Shown here in pieces: positions 52,279 through 63,950 of a stretch of 64,000 nt of DNA. Origin of the DNA: Isurus oxyrinchus. Taxonomy: Eukaryota. Below the pieces are notes generated by a model. The model was not told the DNA's origin. It saw only the letters and a list, made by a program, of their open reading frames with translations, and made no database searches. The stretch lies in NCBI GenBank assembly GCA_026770705.1, contig JANJGN010000026.1, forward strand, positions 40,176,001 to 40,240,000, written 5' to 3'. Position numbers and translations under genes: made by a program. The stretch's first letter is position 1. Every line of letters starts with the position of its first letter.

Positions 52279-52797
52279 CATGACGTATCAAGGGGAACAA
52301 TTTCACTCCGCTTTTCATTGTTATATCATTTCTCAGCAAGCATCTCCTTCCCAGTAAAGTCCACTGTCCTCCTGATTGCTGTGACCCAGATGTCACTGTT
52401 GTTAAAATAATAGTGATGGCGGGGATGATGCTTATGTTGACCGACACGAAGCTGATGCTGACTATTGTTTTTACTTTTCTTTAATGTTAGAATGGGACAG
52501 CCAAGGCACAGTAGAACAGCCGGTTCATGAAATACTGGATGAAGAGGAAATTAATGCTGCACAAACTTGCATTTTTAAAGCAAGCAATCGCAGCTTTTAT
52601 GTGTAGTGGCACAGTGAGCATCCCAGGCAGCCTCCAGAGTGGAAGCTTCATCATGTTCGAAAGAATGTGTACCGGAGCGCCGATATCAATCATTGGTTTT
52701 CTTCTTCGCTTAATTAGAAATGCCAAGATCGTTGATCTAACGATCGGCAACACATTGATTTCCCACTCTGCCGTGTATTTCTGTGCCATGAGCCAAA
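52279..52797 (+). pseudogene. TCR V pseudogene (family A), exon from 52491; RSS 52798-52835; CTCF motif 52857-52870
   Basis: GTVEQPVHEIL..QTC...YV*WHS..PRQPP...HSAVYFCAM; CACTGGT+22+ACAAAAACT. Confidence 0.9.
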
Positions 52798-53516
52798 CAC
52801 TGGTACAGAGAGATCGTGGAACGAAGACAAAAACTCACAGTTTTTTCAATTACCGCTCAGCAGAGGGCGCTGTCACACCCACAAAAAAGGAAGAATTCTA
52901 CTTCGAATGTGAGGTCACGCGGACCTTTTCAAAAGATCATCACATTCAACAAGAACAGCTAATTACATTAGCTTGTCTTTAAAATTTGAATTTATAATAA
53001 AAACGAACTTTGTAAATGGCAATGTAATGCTTCAATCCCACTTATCCTTTTTGACGCATTTCCCTGCTGACTTCTTTCTTATCATCCCTTCTCCTTTCGG
53101 TAAAAAAAATGTGTACAGTTTCTTCTTTCAGTCTTTGATTTAAGGAGATGGCCCTTTGCTACTTCTCTGGGTATTAATTCACAACCCCTCCAACCCCGAT
53201 GCCTATAGATTCAGCCCTGGATACGAGAGGTTATTCATGAAAAAAATGGCCTTTAATTGAATAATATAATAATCCTGATACTCCTGTCCCGAATCTGCTC
53301 GTCCCCAGTATGGAATGAATATGTGAGTGCCGCAACTCTTCTAGAGAGGCAGACTTATATCCTTTTCGAAGCGGATATTACTACTGGTTCGCTTCCTTGC
53401 AGATGAATCCGAATGTATGATATCATGAAGATAAAAGCAAAATACTGCGGATGAAACAAAAACAAAAATACCTAGAAAGACTCAGCAGGTCTGACAGAAT
53501 CTGCGAAGCGGAATAC

Positions 53517-53555
53517 AGTTGACATTTCGACTCCGTATGACTCTTCATCAGAACT
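53517..53555 (-). ncRNA. Minimal hammerhead motif (mutated copy)
   Basis: AGTT-CTGATGA-AGAGTCATACGGAGTC-GAAAT-GTC-AACT. Confidence 0.6.
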
Positions 53556-55583
53556 AAGGAAAAAGAGAAATGAGATGAAATATATGCTGTTGGGTGGGGG
53601 GGGGGGGGGGGGGGGGGGGGGGAGGGGGGAGGTGCGGTGTGGTGGGACAAGTAGAGCTGGGTAGGGGGCCAGTGATAGGTGGAGGCAAAGAAGAGATTGC
53701 CAAAGATGTCATAGACAAAATGACAAAGGGGTGTTGACGGTGGTGACATTATCTAAGGAATGTGCTCATGGGGATATTAAGGGTAGCAAGCAGGACAAGC
53801 TGGTGGCAGATGGCCCTATTGCGGGTGGGGCAGGGGGAAGGGATCGAAATGGGCTGAAAGGTGGAGATTAAAAAAATAGATCGAAATAAATTTTAAAATC
53901 GGTGGGGAAAAAATATATTTTTATTATATATTATTGGAAAAGGGGGTATCGGAAAGGGGGTGGAGATGGAAGAGAGAGTTCATGATCTGAAATTGTTGAA
54001 CTCAATTTTAAGTCCAGAAGGCTGCAAAGTCGGAAGATGAGGTGTTCTTCCTCCAGTTTGCGTTGAACTTCACTGGAACCTTGCAGCAGGCCAAGGCCGG
54101 ACATGTGGGCATGAGAGCAGGGTGGAGTGTAGAAATGGCAAGCGACAGGGAGGTCTGGGTCATGCTTGCGGACAGGCCAAAGGTATTCTGCAAAGCGGTC
54201 ACCCAGTCTGTGTTTGGTCTCTCCAATGTAGAGGAAACTGCATTGGAAGCAGCAAAGACAGTAGACTAAATTGAGGGAAGTGCAAGTGAAGCACTGCTTC
54301 ACTTGAAAGGAGCGTTTGGCTCCTTGGACGGTGAGAAGGGGTAAGTGTTGTATCTTCTGCAGTTGCATGGGAAGGTGCCGTGGGAGGGGGTGAGGTGTAG
54401 GGGGTGATGGAGGAGTGGACCAGGGTATCCCGGAGGGAATGATCCCTGCGGAAAGCCACCGGGGGAGCGAAGGGATTATGTGTTTAATGGTGGCATCATG
54501 CTGGTTTTGGTGGAACTGGCGGAGGATGATCCTTTGAATGCAGAGGCTGGTGGAGTGATAAGTGAGGACAAGGAGGACCCTATCATGGTTGTGGGAGGGA
54601 GAGGAAAGTGTGAGGATGGATGCGTAGGATATGGGTCGGAACTGTTGAGGGCCTTGTCAACAACCGTGGGTGGAAAATCGAGAATGCTTCACTGCCCCTG
54701 GCGGCTTTCTGCAGGGATCGTTCCCTCTGGGACACCCTAGTCCACTCCTCCATCACCCCCTACACCTTAACACCTTCCCACGGCACCTTATCATGCATCT
54801 GCAGAAGTTGCAACACCTGCCCCTTTACTTCCCCCCTCCTCACCGTCCAAGAACCCAAAGACTCCGTTCAAGTGCAGCAGTGCTTCACTTGCACTTCCCT
54901 CAATTTAGTCTATTGCATTCGCTGCTCCCAATGCGGTCTCCTGCACCTTGGAGAGACGAAACGGAGACTGGGTGACTGCTTTGTGGAACACCTTCAGCCT
55001 GTCTGCAAGCATGACCCAGACCACCCTGTCGCTTGCCATTTCAACACACGACCCTGCTCTCATGCCCACATGTCCGTCCTTGGCCTGCTGCATTGTTCCA
55101 GTGAAGCCCAACACAAACTGGAGGAACAGCACCTCATCTTCCGACTTTAGGCACTTTATAGCCATCTGGACTTAATATTCAGTTCAACAATTTCAGATCA
55201 TGAACTGTCTCTTCCATCCCCACCCCCTTTCGGATCACCCTTTTTCCCATAAATTATAATTTTAAAATATATATATTTCTCTTTTCCCACCTATTTTGAA
55301 ATTTAATTCGATCTATTGTTTTATCTCCACCTTTCAGCTCATTTCAAACCCTTCCCCCCACCCAACACCCATTATGTCCATCTGCCACTAGCTTGTCCTG
55401 CTTGGTACCCTTAGGGTCCCTATTCCTTAGATAATATCACCAACGTCAACACCCCTTTGTCCTTTTGCCTATGACATCTTTGGCAATCTCTTCGTTGCCT
55501 CCTTATCACTGTCCCCCAATCCAGCTCTACCTGTCCTACCCACCTCTGCCAGCTTATAGTTCACCTCATTTCTCTGTTTGCCT

Positions 55584-55621
55584 AGTTCTGATGAAGAGTA
55601 TGTGGACTCGAAACGTCAATT
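55584..55621 (+). ncRNA. Minimal type I hammerhead ribozyme motif in PLE pLTR
   Basis: AGTT-CTGATGA-A-GAGT(ATGTGG)ACTC-GAAAC-GTC-AATT. Confidence 0.75.
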
Positions 55622-56110
55622 GTATTCTTCTCCGTGGATGCTGTCAGACCTGCTGAGCTTTTCCAGGTATTTTTGTTTTGTTGTGTATGATATCACTGCC
55701 TGCTATAACACCGCCCATATCATCATCCACTGCTGTCGTTAGTATGACCCGCCTTCTTTGCCGTTTATTATTGGAGAGTTTGCTGCCTTTGTTCTCTGAT
55801 GTCATTGATTGGATGTGGGCGGCCCCGTGTTAGCTCAGAGACAGTGTGAGCCAATGTCACTATGAAGTAGTGAATGTAGGTGGCCAGGACATGAGTTCAG
55901 AGACAGTGTGAACCGGTGTTCGTGTGAATCCTGAAGCGGTAAACTCCAAGGCTCGGCTTATTTCGCTAGTCTGACAGAAAAGCGCCTTGAGTTGGACCTG
56001 AAGCGAATGTTTGGTTCCTTGTTCAATCTTCAGAATACAATATCGTTTTCCTGGCCGTAACCTGATCTCCGTGGACAATTGCTTCAGCTGGTATTTCATG
56101 TGATCTGATA

Positions 56111-56476
56111 ATGCTGTGGATTTACAGAGTCTGTTTTCTCTTATCCATTCTGATCTCCACTGAAGTGACCGGTGAAGATGAGGTGACGAAGCTCCCAGTG
56201 TGAATTGTTGTCAGTGAAGCGGGAATCGTATCCATGAACTGCACCATCATCAGTGGGATGAACGTGGTGTGTTGGTACAGGCAGCTCCCCAATCAGCCAC
56301 CCCAACATCTTGTAGTGGCCACAAGAGGAACTGATCAACACGGGAGGATCTCTGCTTCAGTCGGGGGAGACAACAAACTTAGTATCCTGGCCATGAGGGA
56401 TACGCAAGTTACAGACACTGCCTCCTATCTAAGTGCCATGAGTGTAACAAACAAACTGAGAGCTCGTACAGAAACC
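56111..56476 (+). pseudogene. TCR V pseudogene (family B, intronless leader)
   Basis: MLWIYRVCFLLSILISTEVTGEDEVTKLPV*...MNC...WYRQLPNQPPQHLVVATRG...DTASYLSAM; heptamer lost, nonamer 56468-56476. Confidence 0.9.
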
Positions 56477-56535
56477 TACACAGAGTGGGGGCTCAGGACT
56501 ACGATGTTTCCATGATCGGCTTGTGAATTATGTGA

Positions 56536-56727
56536 NNNNNNNNNNNNNNNNNNNNNNNNNNNNNNNNNNNNNNNNNNNNNNNNNNNNNNNNNNNNNNNNN
56601 NNNNNNNNNNNNNNNNNNNNNNNNNNNNNNNNNNNNNNNNNNNNNNNNNNNNNNNNNNNNNNNNNNNNNNNNNNNNNNNNNNNNNNNNNNNNNNNNNNNN
56701 NNNNNNNNNNNNNNNNNNNNNNNNNNN
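56536..56727. other. Assembly gap
   Basis: N run. Confidence 1.
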
Positions 56728-57344
56728 GGGGACGGTGTTAAGGGCAAGAGCAAGGCAGTATAATATATAAAGGTTTAAACGTGATCAGAAATGCAGGGAG
56801 TTAGAAACATAGATGCTGAGAAAGGAAGCACAAACGCACAAGCCAGAATGAGTGAGAGGCAATGGTAAAGCGAATAGGTACAGGAATCATTCGTGAAAAG
56901 CTCATAACATGAGATAAATATGGAAAAATAAATGAAAGAAAGTGGAAAATAACGAACGTCATTCAAAGAGTTTAAAGATTAGATGAAGTCATAAATGTAA
57001 AGAACCTCAAATAAAATAGAATTCATTTATATTTAACAACACTCATACTTCTCTGTTAGTTCCAAAGCTAAATTTTCTGAAAATGTTGCCTAAACACTGG
57101 TCATTGAATCGTGCCACATGGATACATTTCCACTTTTCTCTTTGTTCTGATGTTGAAAAGTTCTCATGGGTTCCGCTAGGATAACGTGTGATCACACGTT
57201 ACTCCCTGTTATCCACTGGACATTATAGGGGCAGAACTGGCAGTTACCCTGCACAGGCAGCCCCACCCACAGGTTTCCTTCGTTGTTATTCGTTTTGACC
57301 CTCATTGCTTGCTCTGTAGTAGTGGGTACATTTAATGGAAAGAC

Positions 57345-57700
57345 AGTGGTATAATGGTTATGTTGTTGCACTAGTAATTGAGCGACTCGGTTGCATGGGT
57401 TTAAGTCCCTTCACACAGCATGTGGCAAATTTAAATTTAAAGAGCAAAACCTGGGAATGAAATCAAGTTTTGTAATAGTGACCATGAAAGTAACATTGAT
57501 TGGTGTACCGATGTCCTTTGGGGAAGAAAATCTGCCATCTCTTCCTGGCCTGATCTACATGAGAATCAAGACCCGCAGCAATGTGTTTGGCTCATAACTC
57601 CCCTCCGAGACAGCCTCACCAACCACTCAGCTCATGGGCAATTAGGGATCGGCAACAAATGGGTCTTGTCAGCGATGCCTACATCTCATCAAATAATTTT
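57345..57700 (+). mobile_element. tRNA-derived SINE (same family as 26555)
   Basis: Shared core and tail. Confidence 0.75.
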
Positions 57701-57984
57701 AAAAAGCCAAAAAAGAATGGTAAAGAGTATTCTGAACAAACTAATCATGTCTCCAGATGAGGTGTGAATGGATCCTTGGCGGCTGCCCAAATGTAATATG
57801 AAGGGATAAAGAAAGAAACGAGACAAGAACGAACCAGCACAAAAAAAACATGAAAACGATGGAGGCAGAGGTCATCATCTATAATTGAACAGAGTGTTAA
57901 ATACAGAAGGCTGTAAAGAGCATTGAAAAATAGCAGAATTGCTTTGGAATTGGTATCAGTGCTTTTACACTTTCTTGCATATTG

Positions 57985-58415
57985 TCAGCCTTGGTTCAGT
58001 TGGTGACACACTCCCAGCAGCATCAAAATGTTCTGGGTTCAACCTCACTCCAGGACTTGAGCACAAAAATCAATGCTGACGCTCAGGTGAATCACTGGAG
58101 GAGAATTACATCAGGTGACGTATTTTGGATGAGGCATTAACACGATCTACACCTCTCTGCTCAGGTGAATGTAAAATATCTCATGACACTCTTTCTAAGA
58201 AAAGCATGGGAATTATCCAATTTTCATCCCTCAATTAACATCACACAAACTGGCTATCCCATTGCTATATGTCAATTTGCTGTATGGACATTAACGACAA
58301 CAGCTCCTAAATTACAACAATGATCACACTTCAGCAAGCACTTCAATGGCGATAAGTTCTTTGATACGTCCATTAATTGGAGAAAATGCTAACTGAATGT
58401 AAGGTTATTTCCTTC
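57985..58415 (+). mobile_element. DeuSINE/SacSINE1-like SINE
   Basis: A/B-box-like head and central TTGGATGAG..TTAA..CGA segment resembling the Deu domain (from memory, not aligned). Confidence 0.6.
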
Positions 58416-58789
58416 TTTCATTATCATTTACGATGCAATTACCAATATTGACAAATTGAAACATCAGCAAGAAAGGTTCGTTATGCACACATCTGGGTAA
58501 GGTTCAAAGAATAAAAGCATATTTTCGGACTGGAATAATGAAATTCCTCTTTACACACAATGTGAGAGCAAAGTGAAACAAGGTTTCACTCACACTGGAG
58601 GAGAGAAACAGATCAGAATTGGTGGATTTTACAAAGGAAGGCGAGAATTAGGGTCTCCCTGGAAAAGCGAACAACACCAAGAAGGAGGGAAAATCCATTC
58701 TCATTTATAACTATACTGTAAAATACAACTTGCCGGATTCAGCAACAGTAAAAACACCTCGCAATTATTAGTACACAAGAGGGCAATGT

Positions 58790-58985
58790 GAACTACTGGG
58801 TGTAGGCACCACAGTATGAGCTCAGAGAGTGTAGGCAGGTCTCCGTCAAAGACAGTGAGTATGGGTGGCCCGGTGTGAGCTCAGAGAGCGTGAACTGTCT
58901 CAGTGAGAAACACTGAGTGTAGGCAGCCCAGTGTGAACTCAGAGAGTGTGAGCTGGTGTCCTGGAGAAAGACTGAGTTTTGGTGC
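58790..58985 (+). repeat. Degenerate tandem array in family-B upstream region
   Basis: Recurrent GTGTGAGCTCAGAGAG / CTGAGTGTAGGC units. Confidence 0.7.
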
Positions 58986-59024
58986 TGCCTGTGAGTTGAG
59001 GGGCAAGGAAAGCGTTGCTTCAAT

Positions 59025-59560
59025 TAAATAGAAGCTTGGTTAGGTCACACCTAGAGTACTGTGTGCAGTTTTGTCCCCCTTAACTCTGAAATAGTATCGC
59101 TCTCGAGATAGTGCACCGAAGGTTCACCAGACTTGTTCCTGGAATGGTGGTACTGTCTTATGAGGAGAGATTGGGGAAACTGGGCCTGTATTCTCTAAAG
59201 TTTCGAAGAATGAGAGGTGATCTGATTGAAACCTACAGAACACTTAAAATAATAGACAGGGTACATGCAGGTAAGGTGTTTCCCCCCACTGGAGAGTCTA
59301 GAACCAAGGGACACAATTTTAAAATAATGAGGAAGCGACCAATGGCAAAGATGAGTGGAAATTTCTTTACTCTGAGAGTTGCAAATCTTTGGAATTCTCC
59401 ACCCCAGAGGGCCATGAAGGTTCAGTCTTTGAGTGTAGTTAATGTACAATTGATAGATTTCCGATTCACAATAACGTAAGGGGTTATGGAGATAGTATGG
59501 GTAAAAGCCAGGGCAGGCTCGACAGGCTGAATGGCCTTCTCCTGTTCCTATTGTAAGCTG
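59025..59560 (+). mobile_element. CR1 LINE 3' fragment splitting a family-B promoter
   Basis: SYEERLGKLGLYSLKFRRMRGDLIETY. Confidence 0.9.
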
Positions 59561-59760
59561 CCATTAGTGAGAAGCATGGAAAGTGGAAGCTCCAGAGTAG
59601 GCACATTCCGAGCACATGTTCTTTCGGTTTTCCACACGAAGAAACCTCTGAGTTTGGTCTGAAGCGGGGGTCTGGCTCATTGTTAGTTCTCCTGAATCTG
59701 CTCTCGTGCCCTGGTTCTCCGTGGACAATTCGGTCTACAAGCATTTCATCCGGTTCAATA

Positions 59761-60101
59761 ATGTTCCAGATTTACTGGGTTTTCGTGATGGTTTATGCAC
59801 TTCTCAAATGAAGCTGAGGTTGTGCAGCTCCCTGGGCGGCTGGTTCTCAGTGACGTGGGAATCGTATCCATGAACTGGTCGGCTACCGTCTCGTACTGGG
59901 ACAGACTCCGCCCGTAACAGCCCCTCCAGCATCTGGTTATGGCCACATGTGGTACCGATCAACAAGGAAGGATCACTGTTGCAATCCGGTGAGTCAATAA
60001 ATTTAGCACAATGACCTTGAGGGACATCCGAATGACAGACAGCGCCACCTATCTCTGTGCCGTGAGGCCACAGAGTAGCAAACAGAGTCCGTACAGAAAC
60101 C
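59761..60101 (+). pseudogene. TCR V pseudogene (family B)
   Basis: EVVQLPGRLV...PLQHLVMAT...DSATYLCAVR; RSS CACAGAG+17+ACAGAAACC (spacer shortened). Confidence 0.88.
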
Positions 60102-61219
60102 CTGTGGGAGAGCTCCTCTGCTGTGTTTTGGCATATCCGGTAATAATAATGGAAATCTATAGTGCATGAGCTTAAAATAGAAAATAATGAAGAGAGAGAG
60201 ATCAAAAAGTGCGAAATAAAGATAAATGGAAACCCAGGCAGGGAAAACAGAGGAGCAAACATGGAAAGGGAGATTGAGAGCAAGAATGGGTAGAAACGTT
60301 TGCCAATTCATTTCAGGGAAAGGACATTAACAAAATAAGAAAAGATGAATAAAGGAAAGTGCAAATAACTAGTGGGAAAAGCAAATGTAGAAGTAAACCT
60401 TGAAGGAAAAGATGTAACAACGAGAAAACTGCATTTTCCTTTAAACTCCCTTCCCCCCAGGAGATATTTCAATTGCCTGAAATAGGTCTCTGAATAAAAA
60501 GCTGGAAGCTGCCGGAAGATGTTGATTCCTTTGTGAGGTACATTTCTCCAGCCTCTATTCATTCTATCAGGAAAGAATTTTACTGGATTCGAACACCCAG
60601 CGCCTGATATGTTCCTTTCCAGAGCCACTGGCAGAAAGCGACAGGTTTCCTCCTACACATAGAGGAGAGGAACTTGCTGGTCTTCAGACAACTGGCCTGT
60701 TCAGGTGTGAGCCGCTGGGCTAGGGAGCAGCAGCTCAACAAACTGCTTCTTACGTCGTGTGAACAATAGTTACAACCAACCCAGAAGCAGAAATTCCACG
60801 TGATTTGAAATTGGTTCCTTTAGGTATCTGGTAATGTGTTTACCCGATATGTGTTCATCTAATGCCAGCTGTTTCATGTTTGCTTATTGACCTGTAAACT
60901 TAAGGATGTATCTAGTATTCCTCATTCTGGCGCTGCTGAGATGTAGGTACAGGAACTGTACTCAATAACAAACAGTCCTTCTTTCTTTATTCTGGTTGCT
61001 TCAGTGCTTCATTGTTTGCATATTCTTTACAGTCGATATCTCTCGTACCGATAAATAAATATTATTTTATTCTACTAAATTGCTCTGATAACAAATTACA
61101 ATTTTTTGACTGATTTCACTTGTATCACTCGCACTTCGAATACCCGTGAGCTGGTTGTTCCCTCAGTCTCCATGTCGAGAGTGTCTATGTACAAGATTCT
61201 CACCTATTGGTTTCCCGTG

Positions 61220-61500
61220 TCTCACTGCACTGTAATACACCGCAGTGTCTGATAGCCGGACTATGATAACGGTGAGAGTGATGGAGCATTTCTCACTGCT
61301 CCAGGATACTTTAAACCTTCCCGCAACTATTTCATCTCTGAGTGTGGGGACATAATACTAGGGAGCTCGTTTGGAGAATTGCCGGTAACAGAATCCAAGA
61401 TCACTGGTAGCGAAAGTAGCAGAATGATGAAGTGAAATAGTTTGTCCTTCACTTCCCCCATACACCGAGATCCGAAATGTCTCCGACTTACAAACAACAG
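61220..61500 (-). pseudogene. TCR V pseudogene
   Basis: SEGQTISLH...FCYRQFSKRAP*Y...GRFKVS...LSDTAVYYSAVR; both Cys lost; degenerate RSS. Confidence 0.82.
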
Positions 61501-61610
61501 CTGCGAGAACAAGAATAAAATTAGCATCATGATATGTAAAAGGAACATAATTATATGAAATTATATAAATCTATAATTGTTTTTGCATAATAAACTGATA
61601 TATCTTCCTC

Positions 61611-61749
61611 NNNNNNNNNNNNNNNNNNNNNNNNNNNNNNNNNNNNNNNNNNNNNNNNNNNNNNNNNNNNNNNNNNNNNNNNNNNNNNNNNNNNNNNNNN
61701 NNNNNNNNNNNNNNNNNNNNNNNNNNNNNNNNNNNNNNNNNNNNNNNNN
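61611..61749. other. Assembly gap
   Basis: N run. Confidence 1.
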
Positions 61750-62072
61750 ATTTATCTCCTTGCTTATGTTTCGTTTTCTCGTTTATGTACCTATCTAGGT
61801 ATATGAGAGTCACATACCTTTGTCTGTCCATATCTTTACTTCGTATGTTCTATAACCAAGTTTTACTTAATATGTTTCTGGGCGCCGTATCTACAGCAAC
61901 AGCCTTGGAATTTTCTAACTTTATCCAGATGGAGGTTTGAAAATGAGAAAGTAACATTTCTGACCATCGCCGGCATTTCAAAAGGCCCCGTTTGGGTAAA
62001 AGTTAAAGGTGCAGCGGAGAAGGGCAGTGAACAAGATATTGTACGGCCTGATCCGCTCTATGTCTCACTGTG

Positions 62073-62501
62073 TCTGCTTCACGCAGTGATAGATTCCGGC
62101 GTCCTGGACGGCTGTGTTGTCTATAGATATGGTGTTGAAATTCTTCACTCGATCAAAGAACAATGCGGAGCGTCCTTCTGTCCGCTCTCCTGATATTAGG
62201 AGCCAGTAAGTGTCGGAGCCCCTGACAGTGTTTGCCTGTACCAGGCTACTGTATGACCAGAGCCAATAGAGAGCCGACAGCTCATTTCAACCCGTTCCCC
62301 TTCCCGACACACCACCTGCTCAGGGTGGGAGCTCTGATCCTCAAACTGAACGACTGTAAACAGAGGGAAAATTCCACAAACTACGACAGGGTATTAAGAG
62401 ATTGGTTAGACAATGCATCTGACTAGGTAAATAAACTCACACAATATCCAGAGCATCAGGGACCCTATTGTAAACAGGCCTTTGCAGGGGTTTCTGTTCA
62501 T
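62073..62501 (-). pseudogene. Divergent TCR V with one frameshift: leader 62441-62501, exon 62073-62353, RSS 62034-62072
   Basis: QVVCREGERVEMSCRLSIGSGHTVAWYRQTLSGAPT/..GERTEGR...QDAGIYHCVK; CACAGTG+23+ACAATATCT. Confidence 0.88.
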
Positions 62502-63473
62502 GATGACGAAGATGAACAAAAGGCGGATCCATCAGGGTCTGATTTCCAAGCTGGAACTTGCTGCCGAGCCCAGGGTTCACTATGGTGGAGAGGAGGGGGA
62601 GAGCGAGAGCTTCACATCCTCCGCTTATAGTGAATGACTGATGAGTGATTTTCTCACCAATCGACTTATTATTGGTTGCTGTCATCAGGCGTCATTCAGT
62701 GCATCACGCAGGGACTGGCTGTCTCAATGCAGAGAACTCTTGACCAGTCACTGGGAATGAATTTTTCCTTCTCTTTACAACAATAGATTATTTTATTTAG
62801 GTTGATTGGATCTCTGGGGTATTTTTAACGTCAGTGGTCATCGCTGGCTCAAAATCATTTAATTTAGCAGGGTTGTTTGCTGGTTCCTCATTGCCTGTAA
62901 ATAATTTTACTCCTTTGCCTTTAAATCCACATTTGCTTCATATTTGCTTTCTGTACCAGTGCAGTTTATATTTACCACGCCGCCTCAATGCTCTTTGGAC
63001 ACTATGGTTTCATTGAATGAGACAAACGTAAACTACATTTCCTGATTGACTTTCACTCCGATATCAATGAGAGAACTCCAGGCTGACATTCACGCCGCCT
63101 GGAAGTGTTTACGCGTAACTGTGCGCTTGCCGAATTTGTGCAATCCTGTATTCACCCCACTGTTCCGCGTTTTACTGCGGAGGGAATGTTTCCTTTAAGG
63201 GGAGATTGACCCACCAGACATCAAGACCAACAAGATAAAAATATCAGAATGTTGGAGGTAATCAGAGAAACCAACTGTCTGCAGCTCTCCTTGATTGGTG
63301 GGGAACTGTCATTATCTCCAACAGACCAGCCAATCCTCTCTCGGGTAACCACTCCTCTATTTCTAAAAAAGTGAGATCTGATCCTGATCTGGGTTGCACT
63401 TTAATATCAGACCAGAGGGATCAACATATTTAGAATAACCTGTGGTTTTCTGTTGCGCTCGATACCAGGCACC

Positions 63474-63950
63474 ATGTGCTCCCCATGTTCGTTACTGATA
63501 ATGATGCACTTGCTGCCTGGTCACTCTATGTCTACATTGTCAGTGTGTTTACAGGGGTTATATTTCCTCACTGACTTTTGAAAAATTCTGCATTTGTGTT
63601 ACGGGAACGAGTGGCGCGGATTCAGTGTCCCAAGATCCGTCTGAATGAATGATTCTGGAAGGACAGAGCATAGCATTGGACTGCAGTTACTCGACAACCG
63701 ACCCTGCCCAAACTCTGTCCTGGTACAACCAGCATCCTGGCGAAGCTCCGAGATATTTACTGAAAATATAAAGTTGGGGGATGAAGAGTAGTCTCCAAAC
63801 TTAACAGACAGGTTCTTTGCTGATTTGCACATAGGAAACAAAACTGTTCATTTAAATTTCTCCGGGGCTCTTCTCTCCGACAGCGCCGTGTATTTCTGTG
63901 CCAATGAACCCAAACTGCAAAAGAGATATAGCAGGTCCGGAGCAAAAACC
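63474..63950 (+). pseudogene. TRAV/DV: TCR V pseudogene (family C); CTCF motif 63974-63987
   Basis: MCSPCSLLIMMHLLP leader, acceptor AG>GG, DSVSQDPSE*, DSAVYFCANE; nonamer GCAAAAACC. Confidence 0.92.

Larger units (their letters stand above)
53426..55683. mobile_element. Penelope-like element with two inverted arms, single insertion
   Basis: GIY-YIG region (NLVYCIRCSQCGLLHLGETKRRLGD..EH) on both strands; 12-bp TSD TGTATGATATCA at 53414-53425 and 55684-55695. Confidence 0.93.
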
